A stretch of DNA of 63,432 bases, filler included, from a bacterium (lineage in GTDB: Bacteria > JADJOY01): assembly GCA_046331705.1 (NCBI GenBank). It is 3 parts of 3 records of this genome, joined end to end, with 100 filler letters (N's around TTAATTAATTAA, not from the genome) between each part and the next. Parts side by side here need not be neighbours in the genome. Positions count along the whole stretch, not along the records: positions 47,294 to 63,432 come from JAXLQJ010000096.1; 2 more parts are not named here. One strand, given 5' to 3'. Below, piece after piece: positions 47,296-57,372 of the stretch. Numbering within the stretch: position 1 is the first letter of the stretch; every line of letters begins with the position of its first letter. The notes under the pieces were generated by a model, which worked only from the letters and a program-made list of their open reading frames with translations, was not told the DNA's origin and searched no databases. The translations under genes and the position numbers were made by a program.

Positions 47296-48060
47296 CCGGC
47301 AAGCGTGATGCACGCCAAGCAGTTCGGGCGCGACTACGTCGATGCCTGGAGCTGGGAGCCCTTCTGCGTCGAGCTGGATCGCCTCGACCATCCCGAGCGG
47401 GTCCTCGTCTTCACGTCCTTCTTCGAGCGAATCGAGCCGCTTCGACGTCACCTGGTCGGCGAGCTCGCCTGGCTGCGCTCGCTGACGACTTCGGCCATCT
47501 TGCAGCGGCTGTGGGCCGATCACCTGGAGCTCGCTCCCGCGTTGCGGGAGCGCGTCGAGTCGTTCCGCCGAAGGCACTTCACCGCGGAGACGCTCGGAGT
47601 CCACGTGCGTGCCAGCGACCGCCGCACCCGGGTCGAAGCGATCGAGGCGACAGCGGCGCGGCTCGTCGAGCGCCATCCGCGCGTACGCATCTTCCTCGCG
47701 TCGGACAACGCCGAGGTGACTCGACGCTACGTCGCCCGCTTCGGCGACGTGATCACCACCGAGAAGTGGCATCCGCCGCCCGGCGAGCCGATGCACACCC
47801 ACGCCAGCCGCCCAGATCCAACCACGGGTGCGGCGGACGCGCTGATCGACCTGCACTTGCTGGCCGAGTGCGACTGGCTGATCGTCGACAGCCGCTCGTC
47901 GTTCGGGCGTCTCGCGGCGTTGCGCACTCGCGCCGAGGCGGGACACGTGATCGACCTGCACCCGGGCCGCTTCGTGCCGCTCGCGCTACGGCGTCCGCTC
48001 CTGCGCTTCCACAGTTACGCGCGACGCTGCTGGCACCGTCGAGCGTTCCGCGGCACGTGA
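47296..48060 (+). CDS. NodZ-like fucosyltransferase, 5'-truncated by contig break
   Basis: LGVHVRASD, IFLASDN, ALIDLHLLAECD..SSF; adjacent to GDP-fucose synthase. Confidence 0.8.
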   Translation, partial: PASVMHAKQFGRDYVDAWSWEPFCVELDRLDHPERVLVFTSFFERIEPLRRHLVGELAWLRSLTTSAILQRLWADHLELAPALRERVESFRRRHFTAETLGVHVRASDRRTRVEAIEATAARLVERHPRVRIFLASDNAEVTRRYVARFGDVITTEKWHPPPGEPMHTHASRPDPTTGAADALIDLHLLAECDWLIVDSRSSFGRLAALRTRAEAGHVIDLHPGRFVPLALRRPLLRFHSYARRCWHRRAFRGT

Positions 48061-48126
48061 ATCGCCGTGACGGACTCACACGCCTCGGCGAGATCGCTCG
48101 ATTCGAAGGATCATGGACCGGCGGCC

Positions 48127-49101
48127 ATGCGGATCGTCGACAAACGGATCCTGGTCACGGGTGGAAGCGGCTTCCTCGGCACGCACACGGTCGCTGCGCT
48201 GCGCGCCGCCGGCTGCGCCCACACCTTCGTCCCCCGCTCGCGTGACTACGATCTCACCCGCGAGGCGGCGGTCGAGCGGCTCTTTCGCGAGGCCCGGCCC
48301 GAGATCGTGATTCATCTCGCGGCGCGGGTCGGAGGTATCGGAGCGAACCGCGCCAATCCCGGCAGGTTCTTCTACGAGAACCTGATGATGGGCGCGCTCG
48401 TCCTCGAGCACGCGCGACGCGCCCAGGTGGAGAAGCTGATCGCCGTTGGCACGGCGTGCTCCTACCCGCGCGTCGTGCCGGTCCCGTTCCGCGAGGAGAG
48501 CCTGTGGGACGGCTACCCCGAGCCAACCAATGCTCCGTACGCGCTCGCGAAGAAGATGCTCCTCGTGCAGGGCGAGGCCTATCGCCGGCAATACGGCTTG
48601 CGGAGCGTCTTCTTGCTGCCGACCAACCTGTACGGCCCAGGAGACAGCCTGGATCCGGATTCGTCGCACGTGATCCCGGCGCTCATCGTCAAATGCCTCG
48701 ATGCGGTCGAGCGCGGCGAACGGAGCATCCACTGCTGGGGCGACGGCTCGGCGAGCCGCGAGTTCCTGTACGTCGAGGACTGCGCGCGCGCGATCGTGCT
48801 CGCGACCGCGCGCTACGACGGCGAGGAGCCGGTGAACCTCGGCATGGGAGCCGAGTGTCGCATCGCCGATCTCGTCGCGCGGATCGCCGCGATCACGGGC
48901 TTCCGCGGCGACATCGAGTGGGACGTGAGCAAACCGAACGGGCAGCCACGTCGCTGTCTGGACGTGACCCGCGCAGCGGAGCGCTTCGGCTTTCGGGCCG
49001 AGATCGCCCTGGATGACGGCCTCCGTCGAACGATCGACTGGGTGCGCGAGGCGAGGCGCCAACACGATGAGGTCGCGACGCCCAGCGGACCTGGGACGTG
49101 A
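48127..49101 (+). CDS. fcl: GDP-L-fucose synthase
   Basis: [59 protein letters not shown]. Confidence 0.95.
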   Translation: MRIVDKRILVTGGSGFLGTHTVAALRAAGCAHTFVPRSRDYDLTREAAVERLFREARPEIVIHLAARVGGIGANRANPGRFFYENLMMGALVLEHARRAQVEKLIAVGTACSYPRVVPVPFREESLWDGYPEPTNAPYALAKKMLLVQGEAYRRQYGLRSVFLLPTNLYGPGDSLDPDSSHVIPALIVKCLDAVERGERSIHCWGDGSASREFLYVEDCARAIVLATARYDGEEPVNLGMGAECRIADLVARIAAITGFRGDIEWDVSKPNGQPRRCLDVTRAAERFGFRAEIALDDGLRRTIDWVREARRQHDEVATPSGPGT

Positions 49102-49195
49102 TCTCCGCGCGACGGTCGCGCCGTGCCACGAGCGTCGCGAGGCTGCAACCGGGACACCGCCAGACGGCCCACCCGCGTCCGGCGGCGCGCCGGGA

Positions 49196-49645
49196 TCAGC
49201 AATCCACGTCGGGCACGCAACGCGTCAGCGTCTGGCCACCGAGGTCGAACGGGTCCGTCACGTTGATCTGCGTGATCTGCGACGAGTCCCAGGTCAGCGC
49301 GCCTCCGCTCACGTCGACGCTCGCGGGGATCTCCATGCAGCCTGCGACGGAATCCGGCACCGGCGTCGCCGGACAGTCCGGCGCCCAGAACGTGAGGCTG
49401 ATCAGGTCGATCGAGGCCGAGCACCCGAGAACCTGGGCGCCGCAGAGATACCCGCTGCGAACCTCGAAGATGCTGTACGCGTAGTCGACCGCCGCCTCGG
49501 GCGGCTCGCCGGCGACGTCCAAGGTGAACGCGAGCCGGATCCCCCCCGGCCACTCGTGCAGAATCTGGTAGTGGCCTTCCCAGCTCTGACAGCCCGCCGA
49601 AGCCACGAGAACCAGCGCACCGACCCACATCCCGCGTGCGTTCAT
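49196..49645 (-). CDS. Putative lipoprotein
   Basis: Purine-rich RBS; signal ending SAGC. Confidence 0.65.
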   Translation of the reverse strand: MNARGMWVGALVLVASAGCQSWEGHYQILHEWPGGIRLAFTLDVAGEPPEAAVDYAYSIFEVRSGYLCGAQVLGCSASIDLISLTFWAPDCPATPVPDSVAGCMEIPASVDVSGGALTWDSSQITQINVTDPFDLGGQTLTRCVPDVDC

Positions 49646-50429
49646 GATCCCCCCTTTCGTCCTTCTGGACGGCTGTTCGCGATCCGCGATTCCGCTCGCA
49701 CCGCCGATCCCTCCTCGCCACGGGAGTCTTCCCCGCTCGCGATGGCGCACCGGGAGGACGCCGCCAGCGACCGGAACTGCGCCGCCCCGAGAGGTCGATG
49801 GGACGCAGGTCGCACGACAGGCAGAGCAGCAGCGACTGGGCGCCGCGCCCCACGAGCGCGTTCGTAAGCGACCCCGGTCGCATCGAACCTCTCGGACGCC
49901 GCCCCACGTGCACGGTCCGGGCGTCGCACGGCGACTCCCCGATCGCGAGGGACTACGCGTTTACTGCGATACCCGTGCCGCCGGCGGCCGTCGCGGCTGC
50001 CGCGCGACTCCGCGCTACGACCGAGGATTTCGCGTCGGCCGAAGACCACGTCGACGGCGCGGCTTCCCGCCCGTGACGCGCCGGCCCCACGTGGTTACGC
50101 GGATGTCACCGCGGGCTCGCGGTGGCGGCCGCACGATGTCGGCCGCCGGGCCGCCCTGGCTACTGGCTCGACCACGTGACCGACCTCGGCCACGGGCGGC
50201 CAGCGGGACGACGTCGTAACGCAGCCACGTGGATGGCCGGACCTCTCCCGCCCCGAGAGCACGTCGCCGATCGACGACCGCCTGCGGAAACGGGAGGGTC
50301 TGGCTCCAAGCAGCAGTCGGTGGGAGCGCCAACGATTCCGGCGCTCGCGCCAACCGTGACCGGTGACGGGTGGAGACGTGGTGATCGAATGAAGATGCGC
50401 GGCGCGTTGGCACCGGTGGTGCGGATCCG

Positions 50430-50837
50430 TTACGGCCGCGTCGCCGTTCCTTGAACCGGCGCCACGGCTGGCGCGGCGGGCTGAGCGGGCTGAGCGATGG
50501 GCGGCTTGGTGGGCAGCACCGCCGTGCCTCCGAGGACGCCCTTCGTGGGGGTGGCCGTGGGGGGCTGGGCCGGCTGCGCCACGATCTCGACTTTGCAGAC
50601 GCAATTGGCGCCCTTGTCGTCGCAGTTCACCGCGCCTTTCCCGCAGACCTTGTTCTTCTTCATCAGGTCGCAGTCTTCCTTGGTGTCGCAACTGCAGTTG
50701 TCCCCCACGCAGACGTAGCTGCCTGCCGACGACCTTCCGGCGCCTGCCAGCAGCACCGCCACGGCGAGCGCCAAGACAACGAGCACGCGTCTCGCGGGAG
50801 CGGCCGCGCGGACCGCCGGTGACAGGGTCGCGATCAT
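50430..50837 (-). CDS. Small secreted 8-Cys protein with Pro-rich tail
   Basis: GAGGAGG RBS; signal peptide; CVGDNCSC..C..C..C..CVC; ends QGTATRP*. Confidence 0.8.
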   Translation of the reverse strand: MIATLSPAVRAAAPARRVLVVLALAVAVLLAGAGRSSAGSYVCVGDNCSCDTKEDCDLMKKNKVCGKGAVNCDDKGANCVCKVEIVAQPAQPPTATPTKGVLGGTAVLPTKPPIAQPAQPAAPAVAPVQGTATRP

Positions 50838-51009
50838 TCTGCACCTCCTCATGGCTTCCAGCCGGGAAGCCGGGTCGAGCTCCTCACGACGGCACGCACC
50901 GAGCGAGCCCGATGCTCCGCGCGCTGCACAGCGCCATCGCCTTGGAGCGTTTTCAGCGGATGGTTGACCGAACCGGCCGCGTCGCTCGACGGCGACGCGC
51001 CGTCCGCCT

Positions 51010-51384
51010 CTACGGAGCGCGCGTGCCGCCGCTGCCCGGCGTCTGGATGTACCCCGGCGTGGGCGGCGAACGTGGCGATGGTGGTGTCGGGGGCGGAAGC
51101 GAGACGCATTTGGTGGTATCGGCGGTGCTGCAGCACTTTCCGTTCTTGATCTTGCCCGCCTCCTTCCCGCCTCCGGTCTTGTCGAGGGTGCAAGCGGCGC
51201 CCTCCGTGCCGTTCGCGGGCTGGGTCGGGTTGTCCGCGGCTCGCGCCGCGCTCGAACCGACGGCAAGCAGCAGGGCGAGCGCCACCGAGGAGATCCGGCC
51301 GTGCGCCCTCCGCGGGTGAGTCGATGAGCTCGGCGAGGAGCAGTTCCTGTCGCTCGCCGAGCGGTACACGTCGAGTTCGTTCAC
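51010..51384 (-). CDS. Small secreted Cys-containing protein with Pro-rich tail
   Basis: GGGGGAG RBS before GTG; signal ..AARA; C..CC..C core. Confidence 0.65.
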   Translation of the reverse strand: MNELDVYRSASDRNCSSPSSSTHPRRAHGRISSVALALLLAVGSSAARAADNPTQPANGTEGAACTLDKTGGGKEAGKIKNGKCCSTADTTKCVSLPPPTPPSPRSPPTPGYIQTPGSGGTRAP

Positions 51385-51484
51385 GTGAGCTCCCCCGGTC
51401 CCTCGGTGCGAACCGAGCGGATCCGTCGTTCGAGTTCGAAGAAAGCCGAGCAAGGAAGAGAGAAACGCCACGCCGATCCAGCGC

Positions 51485-51910
51485 TCAGCGCGACGGGGTG
51501 ATCGGCGGCGTGGTCGGAGGGGTGGTCGGAGGCGTGACCGGGGCCGTGCCCGGAGTGAGCTTCGGTAGCGTCCCCACGTTCGGCGACACGGTCGGCGCGG
51601 TCACAGCCGCCGGTCCTTTGTCCTCGCACTTCTTCACGACGTAGTCGTCCCGCATCGTGCCATCCGCGCTTCGGCAGTAGTCGTGCGGCGCGCCGGACAC
51701 CTGACCGATCGAGAGGATCGCGCACGATTCGGCGTTGAACTCGTTCAACGTGCCCGAGTACTGCTGCCCCATGTGGACGAACGTGCAGGTACACGCGCAT
51801 CGCCGGAGCGACTGCTGCTTGGGCGGCAGCGCGGCCGCGATCGCGGCGAACACGAGCACCAAGGCCACAGAGACGATCGGGATCTGCACCCACTTCGTCG
51901 GCATTTGCAT
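51485..51910 (-). CDS. Small secreted CxCxC protein with Pro/Thr tail (paralog of 56168-56659)
   Basis: RBS, signal peptide, LRRCACTC..SCAILSIGQVSGAP..C..C. Confidence 0.82.
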   Translation of the reverse strand: MQMPTKWVQIPIVSVALVLVFAAIAAALPPKQQSLRRCACTCTFVHMGQQYSGTLNEFNAESCAILSIGQVSGAPHDYCRSADGTMRDDYVVKKCEDKGPAAVTAPTVSPNVGTLPKLTPGTAPVTPPTTPPTTPPITPSR

Positions 51911-52035
51911 CGTCCCCCCTCTTGGGATCGTGTCGACCGCGACGGGATCACCGGCACGTGGAAGCGACCCCGTCTCGTTTCGAATCCACTCCGCCCTCGG
52001 AGCGAGTCGGAAATCACTCCGACCGTCACTTCCTA

Positions 52036-52063
52036 AATCGAAGTGGGGAGGCGAAAGACGACA
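52036..52063 (-). promoter_or_regulatory. Conserved ECF-type promoter-like motif, copy A
   Basis: TGTCGTCTTTCG-N11-CGATT upstream of the gene starting at 51910. Confidence 0.7.
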
Positions 52064-52110
52064 CGGGGCGCTCGGGGACCGAATGCAAGCGCGTCCCGCG
52101 GCGCTGAGCT

Positions 52111-53541
52111 TCACGGCGAAGCCGGCACCGCGGCCGGGCTCGCCCCCGTCGATCCGGGCGGCGCGACGGATCCCGCAATCTTGAGCTTCCGCCACTCCGA
52201 CTCGGTGATCGGCGTCCGCTCTGCGCCGAGACCGACGATCCGCCACCACAACGCGCCGTCCGGGCCGGCGTAGCTCTCGATCCCCGGTGCCGTCCGATAG
52301 CTCGTCGCCCCGGCGCCCACCAGCGCGAGTGCGTGAATCGGCGCCGTGTCCGCGTCGGCGCTGCGCACCTCGATCCGCTGGGCGCGCACGTCCGGCGATG
52401 CGGTCCAGCGCAGCTCGAGGCTCTCGCCACGCGCAAACGACGCCCCCGCCGCGGGCGCGAGGAGGCGAACCCCGCCAGCGGTGGGATCACCTGCGCCTCG
52501 CGCTCCTGCGCCCACCACGTAGTAGCGAAGCGGAGGGATCGGGAACCCGGCCACCGCACCGGTGTGCACGATCCCGTTACCCGCGCCCACCTGCTCGAGG
52601 TCGGTGTCGGCCTCCTTGTCGTCGCTGGCCTCGATCCGCAGCAAGAGCTGGTAGGCGCCCTCGGCTTCGGTGGGAATGCGCTCCGGGCTCGGTCCACGGA
52701 GCTCGTAGCGGCCCGTGGGCGGGAGGAACACGTTGAATCGCTCGAGCTCGAGGAAGCGGCGCTGTGTCGCGCGCTCGTCGATCGGCAGGCTGCCCTCGGT
52801 CCGCAGATCGTGCTCGGTCGGGCCGGCCTCGCCTGGACGCACGATTTCCCACCGGCCCTTGAGCCGGCCCGTGCCGTTGTACTGGAGGATCGCGCGAACC
52901 GCCGGCGCCGGCTGTCCCTGCCGGATCGAGGGAACCGGCCGATCGTTCTGGAACGCGATCCTCACGTCGGTGAGGGCGAGCGGCACGCGCGCGCCGCCAG
53001 CGGTGAGGCGGCAGGTCACGGGTACGAACTCGTCGGGTCCACCGACCCGGCTTTGGAAGCGGCGCACGTAGAAGAATGCCGACGGCTTTCCGCGCTGGGC
53101 GTCCTGGTAGGCGCGCCGCGCCACCGACGGCGGGATCGTCATGACGTCGGTGAAGGAGGTGGTGCCGTGGAGGCGCGACTGATCGAAGCGCGCCGGCAAT
53201 CGCCCGAAGATCGTCGCCGGGTCGCACTTGAGCCCCACGTCCGGCTCGGCGGGAACGACCGCTCCACACCAGATGCCTTCGGCGGGCGTCTGCTCGCGGA
53301 GCTCGCCGAAGGTGAGGAACGCGCTCGTCGCTCCCTGGCTGCGCACGTTGACGCCGGTCGGGTTGACGCGAATCGCGTGGGCGGGCCGTGCACCCCAGAG
53401 GACGAGCAGCGCCAACGCGCGGAGGAGCGTGCGGCGGTCACACGACGTGAGCACGGCACGGTGAACCCGGCGCGGACCGCGAGCCTGGCGCTCGGTGAGC
53501 CACCCGCGCACTCGGCGTGCACGTCTTCGGACGCTCGTCAT
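52111..53541 (-). CDS. Exported hypothetical protein (Ig/chaperone-like domains predicted)
   Basis: RRTLL..PAHA signal; beta-rich; directly downstream of the OM protein gene; start uncertain. Confidence 0.75.
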   Translation of the reverse strand: MTSVRRRARRVRGWLTERQARGPRRVHRAVLTSCDRRTLLRALALLVLWGARPAHAIRVNPTGVNVRSQGATSAFLTFGELREQTPAEGIWCGAVVPAEPDVGLKCDPATIFGRLPARFDQSRLHGTTSFTDVMTIPPSVARRAYQDAQRGKPSAFFYVRRFQSRVGGPDEFVPVTCRLTAGGARVPLALTDVRIAFQNDRPVPSIRQGQPAPAVRAILQYNGTGRLKGRWEIVRPGEAGPTEHDLRTEGSLPIDERATQRRFLELERFNVFLPPTGRYELRGPSPERIPTEAEGAYQLLLRIEASDDKEADTDLEQVGAGNGIVHTGAVAGFPIPPLRYYVVGAGARGAGDPTAGGVRLLAPAAGASFARGESLELRWTASPDVRAQRIEVRSADADTAPIHALALVGAGATSYRTAPGIESYAGPDGALWWRIVGLGAERTPITESEWRKLKIAGSVAPPGSTGASPAAVPASP

Positions 53542-53548
53542 CGATACC

Positions 53549-55762
53549 TCACAGGATCCCAAGCGAGCCTCCGAGATTGACCGACCAACCCTCGGTGCGC
53601 TGGTCGAGCCCAAAGATCTCGTCTCGCTGATCGGCGGAGACGCGCGCGTAGCGGACGAAGAAGCGCGAGCTCACGCCCTCGACGACCTCGTAGCCTTGCG
53701 AGAGCTCGAGCGAGAGGTCGTGGTTTCTCGTGTGCGTGGTGTCGCGTTCGTCGCCGCCGAACGTGACGCTTCCGGCTGCGGCCAGCCCCCCGTCCTGCCA
53801 CGGTACCAGGGAGACGAGGAAGCCGACCCGCTGGGTGTCGTCGGTGCGATCGAGCTCGCGGTTGCGCGCGCTCTCGAGCGTGTAGTCGAGGCCAAGCGTC
53901 ACCTCGGGCGCGGGGCTCCACGAACCGGCCACCGTGTGGACCCGGTTGACGAGGTCCGCGCGGTCCCGATCCTGCTGGCGGTTGTTCTGGTCGGAGACGC
54001 CGTATTGATAGCCGAAGCTGAAACCGTCACCCGCCCAGCGGATGCCAGGTCCGTGGACCGTGCTGATCTGGTCGGGGACCTGCGACTCGTTGAAGCTGCC
54101 GTCCTGCGGCAACGAGGTCCCGTACTGGTGGACCCACGTCAGGCTGTAGTCGAACGTGGGCCACCACGGCTCGAGCTCGCCCGGTGTGCCGAGCCACGAT
54201 TGGGTCGGCACCGCGAGCACGGCGGCCGCCTGCCGCGTACGCGTCGTGAGCAGGGAACGAACGCGGCCCAGGTTGTCGTGGGCAAAGGAGCCGCTCAGCA
54301 CCAGCGAGATGTCCCCGGCGGATCCCTGGAGCGCCACCACGTGTTGCTCGAGGTCGGCGAGTGTCGTGGCACCGATGCTGCGGAAGAGCGGCTCGATGCG
54401 CTCGCCCTGATACGAGACCGTCAGGCCGACCGGCCGTGTCGCGGTGAGCTGCCAGTCGCGCACGAGGTCGTAGGCGGCGTCCAGGTAGTACGCGTTGCGA
54501 ACGGCCGCGCGGGTCGGCACCACCGTGAGCCCCTGATCCAGGAGCGGGTCGGAGGGGTTGTCGAACCGGCTGCGCGTGAAGCCGGCGTCCACGCGCGCCC
54601 GGGACTCGGTGTCGTTGGCGATGATGCGCACGCTGCCGCCGACGCTCTCTTCCGCGTCCGTCACCGACGCCTGATTGAAGTCGTCCGCGGGCCGCGCCTG
54701 GGCCTCGAGGAGGCTGCCTTCGACGCGGGCCGATCCCCACTCGGCGAGCGTGTGCCCGAGCCCCACCGTGCCGCTGAACACGCGGTTCCGGCTTTCCTGG
54801 AAGCCCGTGAAGTTCGACCAGCCGACGATGCTCTGCGCGTTGCCACCGGCGAGGGTCAGGTCGCCGATCGTGGAGAGGGGCACCTGAATCGTCGCGCCGC
54901 GGGACGCGAAGCCGTTCACGAGGTGCCGGCTGGTGCCGTACGCGAACGAGCCGACCGTCACCGTCGAGCCCCACTTCTGCAAGCTGAGCGCGTAGTCGGC
55001 GAGGTCGAGGCGAGGGGCGTCGTCGCCCTCGGTCGGCGCGCGGAGGGTGTCGTGCGCGTGCGTGGTTCCCTGCACGCTCAGGACGCCGCTCGCCGCGAAG
55101 TCGTCTCGGCGAAGGACGCCGGATCCGTCTGCGCGCAGCGTCCAATCCGCGAAGGTTTCGCGAGCGCCAGTGCTCGGGTCGGGCCGCGGAGACGTGTGCG
55201 AGGCCGCCTGCGACTGGACACCGAGCGCGAGCGTGGGCCGGAGCTCGGCACTCTCCCAGGCCTGGCCCGCGAACATCGTGAGCACCCGAAGCGGCACGCG
55301 TCCGATCTCGGTCCACGAGCCATCGGCGCCCACCAGCGCGACCACGATCTCGGTCTGGCCGGTGGGTAGCGGGACGGCGCCGCCGTCGTAGCGCAGCCGA
55401 TCCGCTACCGGTGTGAAGAGGCCGGTGACGTCGGTTTCGCCGAACCGCACACCGATCGTGCCCTGCTCGGGAGTGGGCCACGGCGTGACGCCGACCTCGA
55501 GCACGAAGTCGCTGGCGATCCAGGAGTCGGCACCGACGTTGGTGGAAACGGCGAAGGGCGGCTGCGCCGAGGCCTCCGGCGATGGTTCGGTGGCTCCCGC
55601 GTCGACCGGCGCGGTGACCGGCGCAGTCGCCGGCGCAGTCGCCGCCGCGGAAGCCTCGGGCGCGGCAGGTTCGATGGAATCGCCGGCGCGCGCATCGACG
55701 AGCCAGGCGCAGCACGCGAGGACCACCGAGGCCGCAAGCGCGGGCGACCATCGCATCGCCAT
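53549..55762 (-). CDS. Putative outer-membrane beta-barrel protein
   Basis: Signal peptide; long run of amphipathic beta strands; C-terminal WSVNLGGSLGIL. Confidence 0.75.
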   Translation of the reverse strand: MAMRWSPALAASVVLACCAWLVDARAGDSIEPAAPEASAAATAPATAPVTAPVDAGATEPSPEASAQPPFAVSTNVGADSWIASDFVLEVGVTPWPTPEQGTIGVRFGETDVTGLFTPVADRLRYDGGAVPLPTGQTEIVVALVGADGSWTEIGRVPLRVLTMFAGQAWESAELRPTLALGVQSQAASHTSPRPDPSTGARETFADWTLRADGSGVLRRDDFAASGVLSVQGTTHAHDTLRAPTEGDDAPRLDLADYALSLQKWGSTVTVGSFAYGTSRHLVNGFASRGATIQVPLSTIGDLTLAGGNAQSIVGWSNFTGFQESRNRVFSGTVGLGHTLAEWGSARVEGSLLEAQARPADDFNQASVTDAEESVGGSVRIIANDTESRARVDAGFTRSRFDNPSDPLLDQGLTVVPTRAAVRNAYYLDAAYDLVRDWQLTATRPVGLTVSYQGERIEPLFRSIGATTLADLEQHVVALQGSAGDISLVLSGSFAHDNLGRVRSLLTTRTRQAAAVLAVPTQSWLGTPGELEPWWPTFDYSLTWVHQYGTSLPQDGSFNESQVPDQISTVHGPGIRWAGDGFSFGYQYGVSDQNNRQQDRDRADLVNRVHTVAGSWSPAPEVTLGLDYTLESARNRELDRTDDTQRVGFLVSLVPWQDGGLAAAGSVTFGGDERDTTHTRNHDLSLELSQGYEVVEGVSSRFFVRYARVSADQRDEIFGLDQRTEGWSVNLGGSLGIL

Positions 55763-55919
55763 CGCGCCTTTGCGGCGGTCGCTGCCGTCGTTGCAGTCGC
55801 GGTGAGACACGGGCACGGGTTCGGGCATGCGCGCCGGCGGGTGAGTGCGTGAGCGGGCGAGGCCGCACGCGCCCATCACGCGCCACCCCTGCGGACACAC
55901 CGGCCGCTTTCATTCCTTC

Positions 55920-55947
55920 AATCGAAACCCGCGCGCGAAAGACGACA
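55920..55947 (-). promoter_or_regulatory. Conserved ECF-type promoter-like motif, copy B
   Basis: TGTCGTCTTTCG-N11-CGATT upstream of the barrel gene. Confidence 0.7.
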
Positions 55948-56028
55948 CGCACCAGCGACGAATCCCGTCGCCGAAGTCGAGAGCCCTCGAGCCGGATGTG
56001 TGTCCGGCGGATCACGCGGCCCGCGACG

Positions 56029-56056
56029 TGTCGTGTTCGGGGCGCCGTTTTCGATT
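56029..56056 (+). promoter_or_regulatory. Conserved ECF-type promoter-like motif, copy D (variant)
   Basis: TGTCGTGTTCGG-N11-CGATT upstream of the gene starting at 56168. Confidence 0.6.
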
Positions 56057-56167
56057 CCAGCAATGGCGCGTGGATGCGTGCCGATCGGAAAGCCCCGGCG
56101 CCATTCGAACGGCCCCGAGCGACGGGACCACGCTGGGACGAGCCTCGTTCACCCCAGGGAGGGATTC

Positions 56168-56659
56168 ATGCGACGGATGGCGAAGGGACTCGGGATGTCA
56201 GTCCTCGGCGTGGCCGGATTGCTCGTGTGCGCGACGGCGGCCACCGCCCAACAGCCGAAGCAGCCGCTCAGGAAATGCCGGTGCACTTGCTACTTCTTCC
56301 ACCTGGGGTCGAAGTGGGAGGGCACGCTCGAGGACTTCGCTGCTCCCTCGTGCGACATCCTGTCCATCGGCCAGGTCTCGGGTGCCCCGCCCGGGTTCTG
56401 CAAGTCCGGCGACTACACCGAGGACAAATACACCATCGATAGCTGCAAAGACCTCGGCGCGGATTCCTCTGGCATCAGCTTGCCGCCAGCCACACTGCCA
56501 CCGACCGGGACGTTGCCGACACTACAACCGGCGAAGCCGCCCGTGCCGCCCGTCAAGCTCCCGCCGTCCTCGGTGACGTTGCAGCCGGCGCAGCCGGTCG
56601 CGCCGCCGAAGACGCCAGCGACCACGACGGTGCCGCAGGGTTCCGCAACCAGGCCCTGA
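56168..56659 (+). CDS. Small secreted CxCxC protein with Pro-rich tail (paralog of 51485-51910)
   Basis: GGGAGGG RBS; signal peptide; LRKCRCTC..SCDILSIGQVSGAP..C..C; ends QGSATRP*. Confidence 0.85.
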   Translation: MRRMAKGLGMSVLGVAGLLVCATAATAQQPKQPLRKCRCTCYFFHLGSKWEGTLEDFAAPSCDILSIGQVSGAPPGFCKSGDYTEDKYTIDSCKDLGADSSGISLPPATLPPTGTLPTLQPAKPPVPPVKLPPSSVTLQPAQPVAPPKTPATTTVPQGSATRP

Positions 56660-56700
56660 CGCCGAGCCCCTTGGCGATTTCGTTCTCCCAGACGCCCGCA

Positions 56701-56728
56701 TGTCGTCTTTCGGGCGCGGATGGCGATT
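56701..56728 (+). promoter_or_regulatory. Conserved ECF-type promoter-like motif, copy C
   Basis: TGTCGTCTTTCG-N11-CGATT upstream of the gene starting at 56836. Confidence 0.7.
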
Positions 56729-56835
56729 CCTCTTGTGAAACGATCCCAGCGCGGGTCGGCGTGGTGCCGGTCCCGACGACGGGTTCTGGGTCACCGCGTC
56801 GACGACGCCGTGACGTGCACCACGAAGGAGCCCCG

Positions 56836-57144
56836 ATGAACCGATCCTCGAGACTGAACCGGACGCTCGGCGCCGCGCTTGCCCTCTTGGGACTGGCCGT
56901 CGCCGCCCAAGCGGTCCCCGTGAATCAGACCATCACCACCTACTACAGCGACAAGACGCTCACCACCGAGGTGGGCACCTTCACGCTCGCCTGCAACGGC
57001 CAACAGAAACGCACCGGCACCACCAGCAAGTTCTCCATCAAGCAATCCATCCCGTGCAATCCCGGCACGACACCCCCGCCCGGCGGCTGCACCTGCTACC
57101 TGGACGGCCGACTCGCCACCTGCCCGCCTCACGCCTGCGACTGA
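56836..57144 (+). CDS. Small secreted Cys-rich protein (DUF6289-like)
   Basis: AAGGAG RBS; signal peptide; TYYSDKTLTTEVG..CNG..TGTTS; C-terminal CTC..C..C. Confidence 0.78.
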   Translation: MNRSSRLNRTLGAALALLGLAVAAQAVPVNQTITTYYSDKTLTTEVGTFTLACNGQQKRTGTTSKFSIKQSIPCNPGTTPPPGGCTCYLDGRLATCPPHACD

Positions 57145-57372
57145 AGGCTCCCGTGCCCAGCGCGGACGAAACCACCGTGACCCTCCACGCCCGACGATGT
57201 CGCCTCGAGAACGGCGGCGCCGTCGGGCGTCGCCTGGCTTCGCTTCGCTCCGTGCCGACGCCGGGCCCCCGCGCGCATCGGGTTGAGCGCCCGCGTCAAC
57301 TGATTCACAATGCTTCGCCTCTTGCTTGCGGGCCCCTGCAATCCCTTCGTCCCAACCAAGCCCCCGATCCAC

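Noticed and set aside
49650-50429. ~780-bp gap between genes
   Set aside because: No ORF with a convincing RBS or composition and no recognisable RNA motif; left unannotated.
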